DNA of 64,000 nt, from the NCBI GenBank assembly GCA_963665095.1, contig OY762069.1, positions 6,816,001 through 6,880,000 on the forward strand. The letters are read 5' to 3'. This DNA comes from an uncultured Desulfobacter sp. (GTDB lineage: Bacteria; Desulfobacterota; Desulfobacteria; Desulfobacterales; Desulfobacteraceae). Shown here in pieces: positions 29,990 to 40,793 of this stretch. The notes under the pieces are model-generated. The model was not told the origin of the DNA. It did no database searches and saw only the letters and a program-made list of their open reading frames with translations. Every line of letters begins with the position of its first letter. The first letter of the stretch is position 1. The translations under genes were made by a program, and so were the position numbers.

Positions 29990-32266
29990 TCAATCCAGAC
30001 GCAAATCCCTGCAAGCGTTGGTACCGTCTGCCATGGGCAGGGCCTCGTTAAATATTTCCAGCAGTTTTACCGTCTGTTTAGCCATCATGACGCAGTTGCC
30101 GGAGATGGCATAAAACATGATGCTCAGACGGGTTTTTGAGGATTCCTCACGGATTCTGGCAATCTGGTTGGCATTGTATTCATCCACAAGATCCCTGAGA
30201 TAGTGAAACCTTGCAGCAATATGGTTGCAGTCTACAATATCTTTTTTTGTAAACGCGGTTTCCACCTGTTCAAGGATGTAAAAAATTTCTGTTTTTATCT
30301 CTTTCAGTTCTCTGATCTGAGAAGGCAGAAGGCCTTTGTGGCGGTTGGCCACATGCATGGTACAGCGGATGACGGTATCCCTGTGGCCGTCAGTCAGTTT
30401 TTGAATGCGGCGTATAATCTGGTAATAGTTGAAGGAGCCTTTATGGTCAGTACGCTGCAGGAGCCTTAGCACCTTAAAAATATTTGCTATAATGATATTA
30501 CCGCTTAGCTGAAACTGTTTTGTCTTTTTACGCTGGGCCCGAAGAGTTTCCAAATCTTCTTCAAACAGGGCATCAAACCCGGTTCCTAAAGATTCCCGAA
30601 TTCCTTTCAACAGAAGGGCTAAGTGATCAAAGGTGGCTGTTACTGATGATTCAAAATCTTCCACTTTTTCCAAATGATAGATGGTGATCTCTTCTTTTGT
30701 TTTTTCATTGCCTTCGTGGCGTTTTTTGTTTCTTCTGATCATCAGGAAAACAAAAATCATAAGGCAGACTACCCCTGGAATCCGGAAATAATGGATAATA
30801 TTGCCGCAGGTAAAGGAGACCACAAAGGCAATCAGCGCGGTCATAAACCAGCCGCCTACCACGGTTAAAACGCCGGTGATCCGGTAAACAGCACTTTCTC
30901 TACCCCATGCCTGGTCGGAAAACGAAGACCCCATGGCCACCATAAAGGTGACATAGGTGGTGGACAGCGGCAGTTTCAGGGAGGTTGCAAAGGATACAAC
31001 GGCAGATGCCACCATCAGGTTGACAGATGCCCGCAAGAGGTCAAAGGAGGGTTTCTCTTTCACGCTGACATGGGTGTTTTCAGGCACCGGACTGATTCGT
31101 CTGGCCACAATTTTTTTAATTCCAGGCGGGGTGATTGTGTTAATTGAACTGAACAGACTGTGGAAAAGATTGACAATGCGTCGGGAAAGCCATACGGATT
31201 CAAACCGCTCCATGCCTTCGTCCTGCTGTCCAAGGCTGATCTCTGTTTCAGTGACTGTTTTTGCCTTTTTGGACACCCACAGGGTGGTCACCATAATGGC
31301 ACCCGCGATCAGCATAATCCAGGTCTGGGAGTGAATAGGCCGGCTTAACGCCTCCATGGTGATAGTCATGGGATCTGCTGATGCAATGGCTGTCCTGAAG
31401 GCGCTGAGGCCGGCTAAAGGAACCCCGATGAAGTTGACCAGATCATTTGCAGCAAATGCCATGGCTAAAGCAAATGTTCCTACAAGCACAATAAGTTTGA
31501 GTATGTTGACTTTGAACGCGCTGATAAGGACTTGCAGGATAACAGCAGACACAACAAAAAGAGCACCCATGATGACAAAAGAGTGGGTTTTTATCCATAA
31601 TACCGTCTGGTTATCCATAAACGTGGCGCCTTTGGAACCTTTTACCAGAATAAAGAAAGTGATGACTGTCAAAGCCACACCGCCCCAAATAGCACCGTAA
31701 TACCGGAGGCGTTTTTCATACTCAAAGGTGAAAATCAATCTGGAAATGAACTGAACAATCGCCCCGGAGGCAAAGGCCACCACAATGGATAAAAGTATTC
31801 CGCCGATAATGGCAATGGCTTTGGATGTATTGATGTAATCCATAAGCCCGAGAGTACTGTTCGTCTGGGCGGCAATTTTCACCACAGATAAGGCCACGGC
31901 GGCACCAAGAAGTTCAAAAACAATGGATACTGTGGTGGACGTGGGCAGCCCATAGGTGTTGAACAGGTCAAGCAATAGTATGTCTGTAAGCATGACTGCC
32001 AGAAAGATTGTCAGAAGTTCGGGCATGGTGAAAAATTCCGGATGAAAGATGCCTTTCCTGGCGACTTCCATCATACCTGCGGAAAATGTGACACCGAATA
32101 GGATGCCGAGACTGGCAATGATCATGATTATTTTGAAGGGTGCTGCCTTTGATCCGATGGAGGAGTTTAAAAAGTTGACAGCATCGTTAGTAACACCGAC
32201 AATCAGATCAAAAATGGCAAACAGGATCAGCATCCCTGCGATGGCGTAGCATATTTCAATGCTCAT
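29990..32266 (-). CDS. Inorganic phosphate transporter (PiT/PHO4 family) with long helical C-terminal domain
   Basis: GVTNDAVNF, LPTSTT, AANDLVNF, LPLSTT signature pair; many TM segments; hydrophilic C-terminus. Confidence 0.9.
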   Translation of the reverse strand: MSIEICYAIAGMLILFAIFDLIVGVTNDAVNFLNSSIGSKAAPFKIIMIIASLGILFGVTFSAGMMEVARKGIFHPEFFTMPELLTIFLAVMLTDILLLDLFNTYGLPTSTTVSIVFELLGAAVALSVVKIAAQTNSTLGLMDYINTSKAIAIIGGILLSIVVAFASGAIVQFISRLIFTFEYEKRLRYYGAIWGGVALTVITFFILVKGSKGATFMDNQTVLWIKTHSFVIMGALFVVSAVILQVLISAFKVNILKLIVLVGTFALAMAFAANDLVNFIGVPLAGLSAFRTAIASADPMTITMEALSRPIHSQTWIMLIAGAIMVTTLWVSKKAKTVTETEISLGQQDEGMERFESVWLSRRIVNLFHSLFSSINTITPPGIKKIVARRISPVPENTHVSVKEKPSFDLLRASVNLMVASAVVSFATSLKLPLSTTYVTFMVAMGSSFSDQAWGRESAVYRITGVLTVVGGWFMTALIAFVVSFTCGNIIHYFRIPGVVCLMIFVFLMIRRNKKRHEGNEKTKEEITIYHLEKVEDFESSVTATFDHLALLLKGIRESLGTGFDALFEEDLETLRAQRKKTKQFQLSGNIIIANIFKVLRLLQRTDHKGSFNYYQIIRRIQKLTDGHRDTVIRCTMHVANRHKGLLPSQIRELKEIKTEIFYILEQVETAFTKKDIVDCNHIAARFHYLRDLVDEYNANQIARIREESSKTRLSIMFYAISGNCVMMAKQTVKLLEIFNEALPMADGTNACRDLRLD

Positions 32267-32339
32267 GATATATTTCCCCTTTGTGAATTGGGCGTGGACA
32301 GTATTTGAGAATCACAAACCTGTCGTTAAATAGGTTGTC

Positions 32340-32372
32340 CTAACAATTTACTCATAATTTGCTAATATTTTG
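32340..32372. promoter_or_regulatory. Three tandem 11-bp repeats upstream of the PiT gene (Pho-box-like)
   Basis: CTAACAATTTA / CTCATAATTTG / CTAATATTTTG. Confidence 0.45.
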
Positions 32373-32499
32373 ATCCCTTTATAAGGCTTTTGACGCTGGT
32401 TTGGCAAGGGGTTTATGGCCAATTTAAAGGGTCTTTTCCTGATGCCGCGAATGCCAGGTGTGACAAGGGCATAAAGATAATAAATTGGGGGTGAAATTT

Positions 32500-33342
32500 T
32501 CAGGATAGGTTGTTTTTGATTCTCAGGATCATGTTGTAAATCAGGGGTTTATGCGAGTTGGTTACTTCAGCGATTTTTTTTGCCAGTTCTGCAGTTTTCA
32601 GACCCTGGCCCAGCCCTTTTACAATCATGGCTTCCAGTTGTTCTGTACTGAAAAGTTCTGGTTGTTCATCCCTGCCTTTAATAAACAGGGCACATTCACC
32701 TTTGATGGCTTCCCGGGCTTCAAGGGCGGATAAGATAGAGGAGAGAGGCCCCCGGATGAACTCCTCAAACTGTTTGGTCAATTCCCGGGCCAGACAGGCC
32801 TGGCGATCTCCTAATATTGCGAGAGCTGACTTCAAAAGACGGATAATTCGTTTGGGAGATTCATAAAATACCAGAGTGGTGCTGTCAGCCGCTACATCAC
32901 TGAGGAAATTGTCAAGCCTGGCCTGCTTTTTGGGTGGGAACCCGAGAAAACGAAAGGAATCAGTGGGCAGGCCTGCGGCACTTAAGCCGGCAATGGCAGC
33001 ATTGCATCCCGGAATGGGCACCACTGGAACGTCTTGCTTACTGGCCCGGCTGACTATCCGGTATCCCGGATCTGAAATCAGCGGGGTACCGGCATCACTG
33101 ATCAATGCGATATCCGTTCCGTTTTTCAGGCGGCTGATAAAATCATCCAGCCGAACTGCCTCATTGTGTTCATGGCAGGCGGTGACAGGGGTGGTTATGC
33201 CGTAATGCTCCAGAAGTTTTCTGGAATGCCGGGTATCCTCCGCCGCAATAAGATCCACCTGTTTTAAAATGCGTACTGCCCTGAAAGTGATATCCTCCAG
33301 GTTACCTATGGGTGTTGCTACAATATATAGGGTGCCTGGCAT
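32500..33342 (-). CDS. rsmI: 16S rRNA C1402 2'-O-methyltransferase
   Basis: LYIVATPIGNLEDIT, AAEDTR, SDAGTPLISDPG, FYESP, ARELTK. Confidence 0.96.
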   Translation of the reverse strand: MPGTLYIVATPIGNLEDITFRAVRILKQVDLIAAEDTRHSRKLLEHYGITTPVTACHEHNEAVRLDDFISRLKNGTDIALISDAGTPLISDPGYRIVSRASKQDVPVVPIPGCNAAIAGLSAAGLPTDSFRFLGFPPKKQARLDNFLSDVAADSTTLVFYESPKRIIRLLKSALAILGDRQACLARELTKQFEEFIRGPLSSILSALEAREAIKGECALFIKGRDEQPELFSTEQLEAMIVKGLGQGLKTAELAKKIAEVTNSHKPLIYNMILRIKNNLS

Positions 33343-33716
33343 CAGTACCCCAGGAATGCATTTTTAATCAAGGTAATATCACTTTTTTGCAGGAACGAAT
33401 CCAGGTACCGGACTTCCACCACATCAAAACGCAGCCGGGTATTACTGATTTTTTTCTGCTTCAGGTAGTACTGGGCGCCCATAATTATTTTTTGTTGTTT
33501 GGCGAAAGTAACCCCCTCCCTGGGCAGGCCTTTCTTATCACTGGCCCGGGTTTTCACCTCGATAAAACATAGGGTCTCTTCGTCCCGGGCAATAATATCG
33601 ATTTCAAACCGGCGGGTTGAAAAGTTTGTTTCCAGAACCCTGTAGCCCCGGGATAAAAGAAACTGACAAGCCGCTTTTTCTCCTTTTGCACCCAGCTGTT
33701 TTGTGCCCGTACTCAT
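33342..33716 (-). CDS. YraN family (UPF0102) protein
   Basis: LGAKGEKAA..L...GY, EIDIIA, FIEVKTR, RFDVV. Confidence 0.92.
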   Translation of the reverse strand: MSTGTKQLGAKGEKAACQFLLSRGYRVLETNFSTRRFEIDIIARDEETLCFIEVKTRASDKKGLPREGVTFAKQQKIIMGAQYYLKQKKISNTRLRFDVVEVRYLDSFLQKSDITLIKNAFLGY

Positions 33717-34306
33717 AAGTCTTTGACCCCGCGAAAACTCTTTCGGTGAACAGGGCAGGGACCATGATCCAGTATGGCTTGTTTGTGAGCCCGGGTGGGG
33801 TACCCTTTGTGGCGGTCAAATCCGTACTCGGGATACTGGACGGCCAGGTCTGTCATGATTCTGTCCCGGGTCACCTTGGCCAGAATAGAGGCGGTGGCTA
33901 TGGAAAGACTTCGGGCATCCCCTTTTATTACCGGCAGCTGGTGAATGGGGCTGTCAATGGAAAATTTGCCGTCAATAAGCAGAAAATCAGGAGCAGGGGA
34001 TAGTGCCGTTACAGCCCGTTTCATAGAGAGCAATGAAGCCTGCAGAATATTAATTCTGTCAATTTCTTCATGATCCGCCATGCCAATGCCAAATGACAGC
34101 ACCTGTTCTTTTATCAACGGAAAAAGTGCGGCCCTTTTTTTTTCACTGAGCTTTTTTGAATCATTGATGCCAGAGACACAAAAATTTTGGGGCAGCACCA
34201 CAGCCGCAGACACGACAGGGCCGGCAAGGGGACCCCTGCCGGCCTCATCAACACCTGCAATTATTTTATACCCGTGCAGCAGGGCCTCTTTTTCAAAGGC
34301 CAGCAT
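33713..34306 (-). CDS. rnhB: Ribonuclease HII
   Basis: GVDEAGRGPLAGPV, DSKKL, ASILAKVTRD, HKGY.T; alternative GTG start at 34360 would overlap rplS. Confidence 0.95.
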   Translation of the reverse strand: MLAFEKEALLHGYKIIAGVDEAGRGPLAGPVVSAAVVLPQNFCVSGINDSKKLSEKKRAALFPLIKEQVLSFGIGMADHEEIDRINILQASLLSMKRAVTALSPAPDFLLIDGKFSIDSPIHQLPVIKGDARSLSIATASILAKVTRDRIMTDLAVQYPEYGFDRHKGYPTRAHKQAILDHGPCPVHRKSFRGVKDL

Positions 34307-34319
34307 GTCCGCATTGGAA

Positions 34320-34673
34320 TCAGGCAAAACGTTTTTCTTTGATCCTGGCTGCCTTTCCACGCAGGTTTCTCAGGTAATAGAGCTTAGATCTTCTGACGCG
34401 GCCCCTGGTGACAACTTCAACTTTGTCAATGGCAGGGGAGTAAAGCGGGAAGATTCTTTCCACACCAACGCCGCCGGAGATTTTTCTTACGGTGAACCGG
34501 GCACTGGAAAGCCCCTTGGTTTTTTTGATAACTACGCCCTGGAATACCTGGATACGCTCTTTTTCACCTTCTTTGATTTTTACATGAACCTTTACGGTAT
34601 CTCCGGAATCAAAGTCCGGAATGTCAAGGCGCATCTGTTCTCTTTCAATTTTCTGGATTAGGTTTGCTGTCAT
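34320..34673 (-). CDS. rplS: 50S ribosomal protein L19
   Basis: [40 protein letters not shown]. Confidence 0.97.
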   Translation of the reverse strand: MTANLIQKIEREQMRLDIPDFDSGDTVKVHVKIKEGEKERIQVFQGVVIKKTKGLSSARFTVRKISGGVGVERIFPLYSPAIDKVEVVTRGRVRRSKLYYLRNLRGKAARIKEKRFA

Positions 34674-34693
34674 GTCTTATTCCTTCCTTATTT

Positions 34694-35359
34694 TCAGCCA
34701 TTTATTAATCTGTCTAAATATATGGATGCCGCTGACCGGACACTTAAGTGATTGTATGCGCTTAGGCCCTGAATGGGTTCAAGGGTGTAATCGCACTGGC
34801 TGATCACCTCTGGTGCCAGTCCCCATGCTGTGCCGAATACCAGCACATAGGGGGCATTGTCCTTCATTTCCTGCCGAAGCCTGCTGCAACTCAGTGTGGG
34901 ACCATCTGCATTGGCGCTGGTTGCCACCTTCAGCGGCGGTCGGCCCTGCTCTTTTTCAATGTCAAGGCAGACTGCCTCAAATGTATCTGTTACCCTTACC
35001 CTTTCAAGGGCGGATTTCCGGGCCGGATTGGCCTGCCCGCCTTGGCCTGAAGTCCAGTGGTCCATAATCTGTCCGGCCAGAGTTTTCTGGTCCTCATAGG
35101 GTGTGACTGCATAGAAGGCTATCACTCCAAATGTACGGGCGGCCCTGGCAATGTCGTGCAAATCCAGGTTGGTCAGAGCCGAACTGGTAATCAGACCGTT
35201 TCTATTGACCACAGGATAATGGATCAGTGCCAGATACAAAGGGCTTGTTGGGGCCACTTCATTGTCCCGGGCTTCTTCATCTGCAATGCTTGATTTATTC
35301 ATTGGGCCTGTCTTTCTGTTCCGCACATCGGCCTTGACTGTTTTTTTTGCCCTGATCAT
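34694..35359 (-). CDS. SPOUT-class RNA methyltransferase, standalone
   Basis: LIHYPV, DLHDIAR, FGTAWGL, YNHLSVRSAA..LDRL; start may be ATG 35302. Confidence 0.88.
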   Translation of the reverse strand: MIRAKKTVKADVRNRKTGPMNKSSIADEEARDNEVAPTSPLYLALIHYPVVNRNGLITSSALTNLDLHDIARAARTFGVIAFYAVTPYEDQKTLAGQIMDHWTSGQGGQANPARKSALERVRVTDTFEAVCLDIEKEQGRPPLKVATSANADGPTLSCSRLRQEMKDNAPYVLVFGTAWGLAPEVISQCDYTLEPIQGLSAYNHLSVRSAASIYLDRLING

Positions 35360-35364
35360 CAGCC

Positions 35365-36117
35365 CTACTCATTAATTAAGGCCTCAAGCTCCTTGCACCA
35401 CTGCCGTAAAATTTGTTTTTCGCTGTCATCCGGTTTTCTTTGTTCAAACAGGTCCGGGCGTTTGATAAAGGTCCGTTCCAGGGCTGAGCGCTGGCGCCAT
35501 TGCCGGATTTTTTCATGGTTACCGGACAGCAACACCCCGGGTACGGCCATCTCTTTATACAGCTCTGGCCGTGTATATTGGGCATATTCAAGCCGGTTGT
35601 CCATGAAAGAGTCCCTCTGAGACGACTCACAGCTGCCAAGCACGCCGGGAATCATCCGTACAACTGCATCAATGACTGCCATGGCTCCAATTTCACCACC
35701 GGTCATGACAAAATCACCCACACAGATCTCTTCATCCACCTGGCGGTTATATACCCGCTCATCAATGCCTTCATACCGGCCGCAGACCAGAATCAGATCC
35801 CTGCCGGAAGCTGCCAGTTCACATGCTCTCTTTTGTGTGAACGGGGCGCCCTGGGGGCTTAGGGCAACGACCTTTGCGTCCGGAGTAACCTTTCTTGCAT
35901 TCTCAATGGCCATTTCCAGAGGGCCCGGCATCATCACCATACCGCTTCCCCCGCCATAGGGCCTGTCATCCACGCTGTTATGCCGGTCTTCGGTAAAATC
36001 CCGGATATTGACGGCACAGGCTTTAAAAAGGTTCCGGTCCAGAGCCCGAGCCATGATGCCGTTGTCAAAAAAGGCCTGAATGAATTCCGGAAAAAGTGTA
36101 AGTACCGTAAACTTCAT
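35365..36117 (-). CDS. trmD: tRNA (guanine37-N1)-methyltransferase
   Basis: TLFPE, VDDRPYGGG.GMV, CGRYEGIDER, GDFVMTGGE, YTRP, LLSGNH. Confidence 0.97.
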   Translation of the reverse strand: MKFTVLTLFPEFIQAFFDNGIMARALDRNLFKACAVNIRDFTEDRHNSVDDRPYGGGSGMVMMPGPLEMAIENARKVTPDAKVVALSPQGAPFTQKRACELAASGRDLILVCGRYEGIDERVYNRQVDEEICVGDFVMTGGEIGAMAVIDAVVRMIPGVLGSCESSQRDSFMDNRLEYAQYTRPELYKEMAVPGVLLSGNHEKIRQWRQRSALERTFIKRPDLFEQRKPDDSEKQILRQWCKELEALINE

Positions 36118-36686
36118 AATTCAGGTCTATCTGGAAGAAATCCTTCGGGCAGTTGCGTTCTGATGACCTTTTCCGTAAGGTCAACTTCTGTGACAAACCG
36201 GGCATTCATGGGAATCAGTACTTCCTTCAGTTCCGCCCTTTCACCGCCCTTTACTACCAGTATGTCATCCGCGCCTGTGGGAAAAAGCTGCACCACCTTC
36301 CCAAGAACACCAGATGTCTCATTCACCACGGTAAGCCCGATGAGATCCTGCCAGTACCAGGTATCTTCTTCCAAGGGGGGCAGCTGGGCTTTGTCAATGA
36401 GGATCAGTTTTCCCACAAGGGCTTCGGATCCTTCCCGGGTATTTACCCCCTCAAGGGTCAGCAACACCCCTTTTTTGTACCTCCCGGTCCTGGAGATGGT
36501 ATATCTCTTCCCGGGATCTGCTTCCTCTGGATCCTTTAGTACCACGGTCAGGCCCTTGGCAAAAGAATCAGAGGATTCTGCCCAGGACCAGACCTTAAGG
36601 TTGCCTGCCAGACCATGTACGCCGGTAATTTTGCCGATGGTCAGCCAGGTAGTCTTCAAAGAATCCGGTTGACCCGGTTGCTTCAT
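36114..36686 (-). CDS. rimM: Ribosome maturation factor RimM
   Basis: IGKITGVHGL.G, YWQDLIGL, GADDIL, LIP; position between KH gene and trmD. Confidence 0.94.
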   Translation of the reverse strand: MKQPGQPDSLKTTWLTIGKITGVHGLAGNLKVWSWAESSDSFAKGLTVVLKDPEEADPGKRYTISRTGRYKKGVLLTLEGVNTREGSEALVGKLILIDKAQLPPLEEDTWYWQDLIGLTVVNETSGVLGKVVQLFPTGADDILVVKGGERAELKEVLIPMNARFVTEVDLTEKVIRTQLPEGFLPDRPEL

Positions 36687-36695
36687 GGGCGGCCC

Positions 36696-36926
36696 CTACT
36701 CGATGATTTCCAGCACCGTACGTTTTTTCAGTTTGGTGGCTGCGGCACTCAGGATGGTTCTCATGGCTCTGGCGGATCTGCCCTGTTTGCCGATAACCTT
36801 GCCTAGGTCTTCCTTTGCCACCTTAAGTTCAAGCACGGACGTCTGGTCTCCGGTCACTTCTGATACCAGGACCTCATCAGGATTGTCTACCAATGCCTTT
36901 GCAATGTATTCAATCATATCTTTCAT
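36696..36926 (-). CDS. khpA: KH-domain RNA-binding protein (KhpA/YlqC family)
   Basis: [26 protein letters not shown]; between rpsP and rimM. Confidence 0.9.
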   Translation of the reverse strand: MKDMIEYIAKALVDNPDEVLVSEVTGDQTSVLELKVAKEDLGKVIGKQGRSARAMRTILSAAATKLKKRTVLEIIE

Positions 36927-37006
36927 CAAATCATCTCCTTTTCACTGGAATAAAGGCAATACGGGCGATTTGTCCCTGGTGGGGCGGTCCTTGCCGTTGC
37001 GACTCC

Positions 37007-37261
37007 TTACGCTGGAACGCTGGGTGTTTCCTGTTTTTTAAGAATGCTTTTAACTGTTGTGGTCGGCCTGGCACCCTGTTCCAGCCAGTATTGAACCCGG
37101 TCCTGCTTCAGGGTGATGACGACAGGGTCCTGCATGGGATCATAGGTTCCTATGGCTTCAAGAAATTTGCCATCTCTCGGGGCCTGCACATCAGCGGCAA
37201 CGATTCTGTAAAAGGGTTTCTTTTTGGTGCCTTTACGGGTAAGTCTTAATTTTACTGCCAT
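37007..37261 (-). CDS. rpsP: 30S ribosomal protein S16
   Basis: [32 protein letters not shown]. Confidence 0.97.
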   Translation of the reverse strand: MAVKLRLTRKGTKKKPFYRIVAADVQAPRDGKFLEAIGTYDPMQDPVVITLKQDRVQYWLEQGARPTTTVKSILKKQETPSVPA

Positions 37262-37277
37262 GGTCTTTGTTGTCTCC

Positions 37278-38603
37278 TTAAAACGGCAGCATGCCCCGAA
37301 GGGATTTCATGCCGCCTTTATTAAATTTCTTCACCATTTTCATGGACTGGGTATAGCTTTTAAGCAGTTTATTGACATCCTGAACCGTCGTTCCGGAACC
37401 CGCCGCAATTCTTTTTTTACGTGACGCTTTGATAATTGCGTGCTTGGTTCTTTCCTCCGGGGTCATGGAGTTAATAATTGCTTCAATTTTAACAAATTCC
37501 TTATCACTGATGTTCAGATCCTTGAGCATTTTGTTGTTTACCCCGGGCAGCATACCTAAAAGATCCTTGATGGATCCCATTTTTTTTACCGACTGCATCT
37601 GATTTTTAAAATCTTCCAGGGTAAACTGGTTCTTTCTCAGCTTTTTTTCAAGGGCCTGGGCCTCTTTCTGGTCAACGGCCTCAACGGCTTTTTCAATAAA
37701 GGAGAGCGTATCTCCCATCCCCAATATCCTTGAGGCCATCCGGTCCGGATAAAAGGGTTCAAGTGCCGTTGTTTTTTCACCCACACCAATGAACTTCAAC
37801 GGCTTACCGGTAACAGCTTTGATGGAAAGCGCCGCTCCACCGCGGGCATCACCATCCATTTTGGTCAGAACAAAGCCTGAAAGATCCAGGCGTCTGTCAA
37901 ACTCACCGGCAATGTTCACTGCATCCTGCCCGGTCATGGCATCTGCCACCAGCAGAATTTCGGCCGGGTTTATGCCCTTTTTGATCTCATCAAGCTCACT
38001 CATGAGCGCATCATCTAAATGAAGCCGGCCTGCCGTATCAAGCAGGATGGTATCGCATCCCAACTCTCTGGCGGACAGTTTAGCATCCTGGCAGATTTTT
38101 AACGGTTTCATGTCGGTTGTAGATGCAAATACCGGCACCTCTATCTGTTTGCCAAGCTTGGTCAGCTGGTCAATGGCGGCCGGTCGGTATACATCCACAG
38201 GCACAAGATAGGGTTTTCTGCCAATTTTACGTAAAAAGCGCGCAAGCTTTCCGGCAGTGGTGGTTTTACCAGACCCCTGCAAGCCCACCAGCATGATTGA
38301 TGTTGCCCCGGTGGCGGCGAAGTTCAATTCCTGGTGGCTTGACCCCATCATTTTTGTAAATTCTTCATTTACAATTTTGATGACCTGCTGGCCGGGTGTC
38401 AGGCTCTGCATGACCTCCTGGCCAAGGGCTCGGGTCTTTATATCTGAAATGACATTTTTTGCAACCTTATAATTGACATCCGCTTCGAGAAGTGCCATCC
38501 TGACTTGTTTTAAGCCGTCTTCAATGTTCTTCTCTGTAAGGGTTCCATGCCCTTTCAGCTTTTTAAAAACAGAATCCAGCCGGTCACTTAGGTTGTCAAA
38601 CAT
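37278..38603 (-). CDS. ffh: Signal recognition particle protein
   Basis: [32 protein letters not shown], Met-rich M domain. Confidence 0.97.
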   Translation of the reverse strand: MFDNLSDRLDSVFKKLKGHGTLTEKNIEDGLKQVRMALLEADVNYKVAKNVISDIKTRALGQEVMQSLTPGQQVIKIVNEEFTKMMGSSHQELNFAATGATSIMLVGLQGSGKTTTAGKLARFLRKIGRKPYLVPVDVYRPAAIDQLTKLGKQIEVPVFASTTDMKPLKICQDAKLSARELGCDTILLDTAGRLHLDDALMSELDEIKKGINPAEILLVADAMTGQDAVNIAGEFDRRLDLSGFVLTKMDGDARGGAALSIKAVTGKPLKFIGVGEKTTALEPFYPDRMASRILGMGDTLSFIEKAVEAVDQKEAQALEKKLRKNQFTLEDFKNQMQSVKKMGSIKDLLGMLPGVNNKMLKDLNISDKEFVKIEAIINSMTPEERTKHAIIKASRKKRIAAGSGTTVQDVNKLLKSYTQSMKMVKKFNKGGMKSLRGMLPF

Positions 38604-38685
38604 ATCCGAAATCAGCCTTTCAGTGTCAAATCAAATCATTGAATTTAAAAAATAATCCGTGTAATGTCAAGAAAATAATAAAAAA

Positions 38686-39741
38686 ATGCAGGTGCCTGAC
38701 ATGGAGAATATACTTGATTTTTCCCGGGAAGAGCTGGGTAAATGGTTTGAAAATAAAGGGATTCGACGGTTCAGAGCTGACCAGGTGTTCAAGTGGCTCT
38801 ACCTGAAACTGGCAGGTGAATTCGATGAGATGACGGATCTTGGCAAGGAGTTGCGCCGTGTGTTGAACGAGCATTTCTCCATCGGATCTCTTTGTCTTGA
38901 AAATATGGAGCGCTCCCGAGACACCACCGAAAAATTTTTACACCGGCTTTCCGACGGGGAGTATGTGGAAAGTGTGCTTATTCCGGAAAAGGATCACTTT
39001 ACCCTGTGTGTCTCCTCCCAGGCCGGATGTGCCATGAACTGTCAATTCTGCCTGACGGCAAAAGGCGGGTTCAGGCGGAATCTGACCACAGGGGAGATTG
39101 TCGGCCAGGTCCGGGATGCCCGTCGCCATGTCAAACAGATGGGGATAGATCCCTTGAAGCTGTCCAATATCGTTTTCATGGGCATGGGGGAACCTTTGGC
39201 GAACTATAACAATGTACTGCGGTCTCTGGAGGTGATCCTTGATCACGATTTTGGACTGAAGTTTTCCAATCGCAGGGTAACGGTCTCCACCTCAGGGCTT
39301 GTGCCTCAGATTATTCAGCTGGGACGGGATTCGGACGTAAACCTTGCGGTCTCCCTGAATGCCACGGACAATGACCTTCGGTCAACGCTTATGCCTGTCA
39401 ACCGTACCTGGTCCATTGAAACCCTTCTGGATGCCTGCAGGCAGTTCAGCATGAAGCCCCGGGACAAGATTACCTTTGAATATATTCTGATGAGCGGGAT
39501 AAATGACAGTGATGCCCATGCCAAAAGGTTGGCACGCCTGCTTGCCCCCATCCGGGCGAAAGTGAATCTTATTCCCTTTAACGAACACGCCGGTGCGCCG
39601 TTTAAACGCCCGTCAAAACAGAGAATCGATGCATTTTTAACCATTCTGTTAGACCGGAACATGACCGCCATTGTCCGCAAAAGCAAGGGGGATGACATCT
39701 CTGCTGCCTGCGGGCAGCTTAAGGCCGCCCAGAAACAGTGA
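38686..39741 (+). CDS. rlmN: 23S rRNA/tRNA m2A methyltransferase (radical SAM)
   Basis: CVSSQAGCAMNCQFC, MGMGEPL, NLIPFN, DISAACGQL; start could be 38701. Confidence 0.96.
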   Translation: MQVPDMENILDFSREELGKWFENKGIRRFRADQVFKWLYLKLAGEFDEMTDLGKELRRVLNEHFSIGSLCLENMERSRDTTEKFLHRLSDGEYVESVLIPEKDHFTLCVSSQAGCAMNCQFCLTAKGGFRRNLTTGEIVGQVRDARRHVKQMGIDPLKLSNIVFMGMGEPLANYNNVLRSLEVILDHDFGLKFSNRRVTVSTSGLVPQIIQLGRDSDVNLAVSLNATDNDLRSTLMPVNRTWSIETLLDACRQFSMKPRDKITFEYILMSGINDSDAHAKRLARLLAPIRAKVNLIPFNEHAGAPFKRPSKQRIDAFLTILLDRNMTAIVRKSKGDDISAACGQLKAAQKQ

Positions 39742-39767
39742 GCCCATGCGTATACTGAAATTGAAGT

Positions 39768-40778
39768 TCAGGGTGTCTGTATTAAAAGCGGATGAAATGT
39801 GCCGGGTTCAGGGACCACTACCTCTATTTCCCGGAGATCCTGATCATTAAATATGCAGATTCTGGAAAGGCTTCCCGGGGCAGCCTTGGTGTAGCCCGCC
39901 GTGATCCTGGCTGCCGTGTGGATAGCTGTTTCAGATGCCTTGCCTAAAAACAGGGCATCCGGCCCCGGCAGATGGGCGCTTCGCAGCCGGATATGGGTTT
40001 TGGGGTCATAAAGATTCATGATTCGTTTGTTTTCCCCCTTGTTCCGCCCTACCGTCAACTTGGATGTGCTGTCTATCCTGAAGTGCCGGCCATACCTGAG
40101 CAGGTGGAGCTGGCTCGGTTCTTCACAGTTTTGAATAAATAAAAGATCCCGCAATCTCTGGGAATACCCCTTGTCCGTCAAAAGACAGCCGCCCGCAGGG
40201 GAGGGGAATTCTTTGATGCCATACTGTTTTGCCATCTCTGTCTGGATCTTTCTGCCCCGGCCGGAGATGGTAAGAAGTCTGCTTCTGTCCACCAGTCCTT
40301 TCTGTTCTGCCATGGTTTCGGGCAGAATACCTGCGCTCAACGGCCGCAGGATATACCCGTCAAATCCGGAGTTTTTTTCCACATACCGCAATGCATTTTT
40401 GGTCTGGGATTTAGGGCGCTGGCCCGCCACTTCCCCTGAAAAAAGAAAGTCTGCCCCAAGTTCCTGCATCATGGCCCCGGCTGTTGCAAACATCATGGCA
40501 TGGCAGTCCATGCACGGGTTCATGTTTTTTCCAAATCCTGCCTTTGGGGCTTTCATCATCTGCATATAGGTGTCAGTGATATCCTTTACAATCAAAGGAA
40601 TCCCAGTTTGTTCAGATGCTTTCCTGGCTGCTTTGGCATCAAAAAAAGGGGTCTCAAAGCTGACCCAGATCACATCAATATTCTGATCTTTAAGCACCAG
40701 GGCTGCCAGCATGCTGTCCAGTCCACCTGAGCAAAGCCCTAAGGCCCTGACCTGTCTTGAGGTTTTATCTGTGTTCAT
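39768..40778 (-). CDS. PP-loop tRNA sulfurtransferase-like protein (ThiI/MnmA-related)
   Basis: SGGLDS PP-loop, NPCMDCH, GEVAGQRPKSQ, PAGGCLLTD, GRHFR. Confidence 0.85.
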   Translation of the reverse strand: MNTDKTSRQVRALGLCSGGLDSMLAALVLKDQNIDVIWVSFETPFFDAKAARKASEQTGIPLIVKDITDTYMQMMKAPKAGFGKNMNPCMDCHAMMFATAGAMMQELGADFLFSGEVAGQRPKSQTKNALRYVEKNSGFDGYILRPLSAGILPETMAEQKGLVDRSRLLTISGRGRKIQTEMAKQYGIKEFPSPAGGCLLTDKGYSQRLRDLLFIQNCEEPSQLHLLRYGRHFRIDSTSKLTVGRNKGENKRIMNLYDPKTHIRLRSAHLPGPDALFLGKASETAIHTAARITAGYTKAAPGSLSRICIFNDQDLREIEVVVPEPGTFHPLLIQTP

Positions 40779-40793
40779 ATATAACTTTACGGT

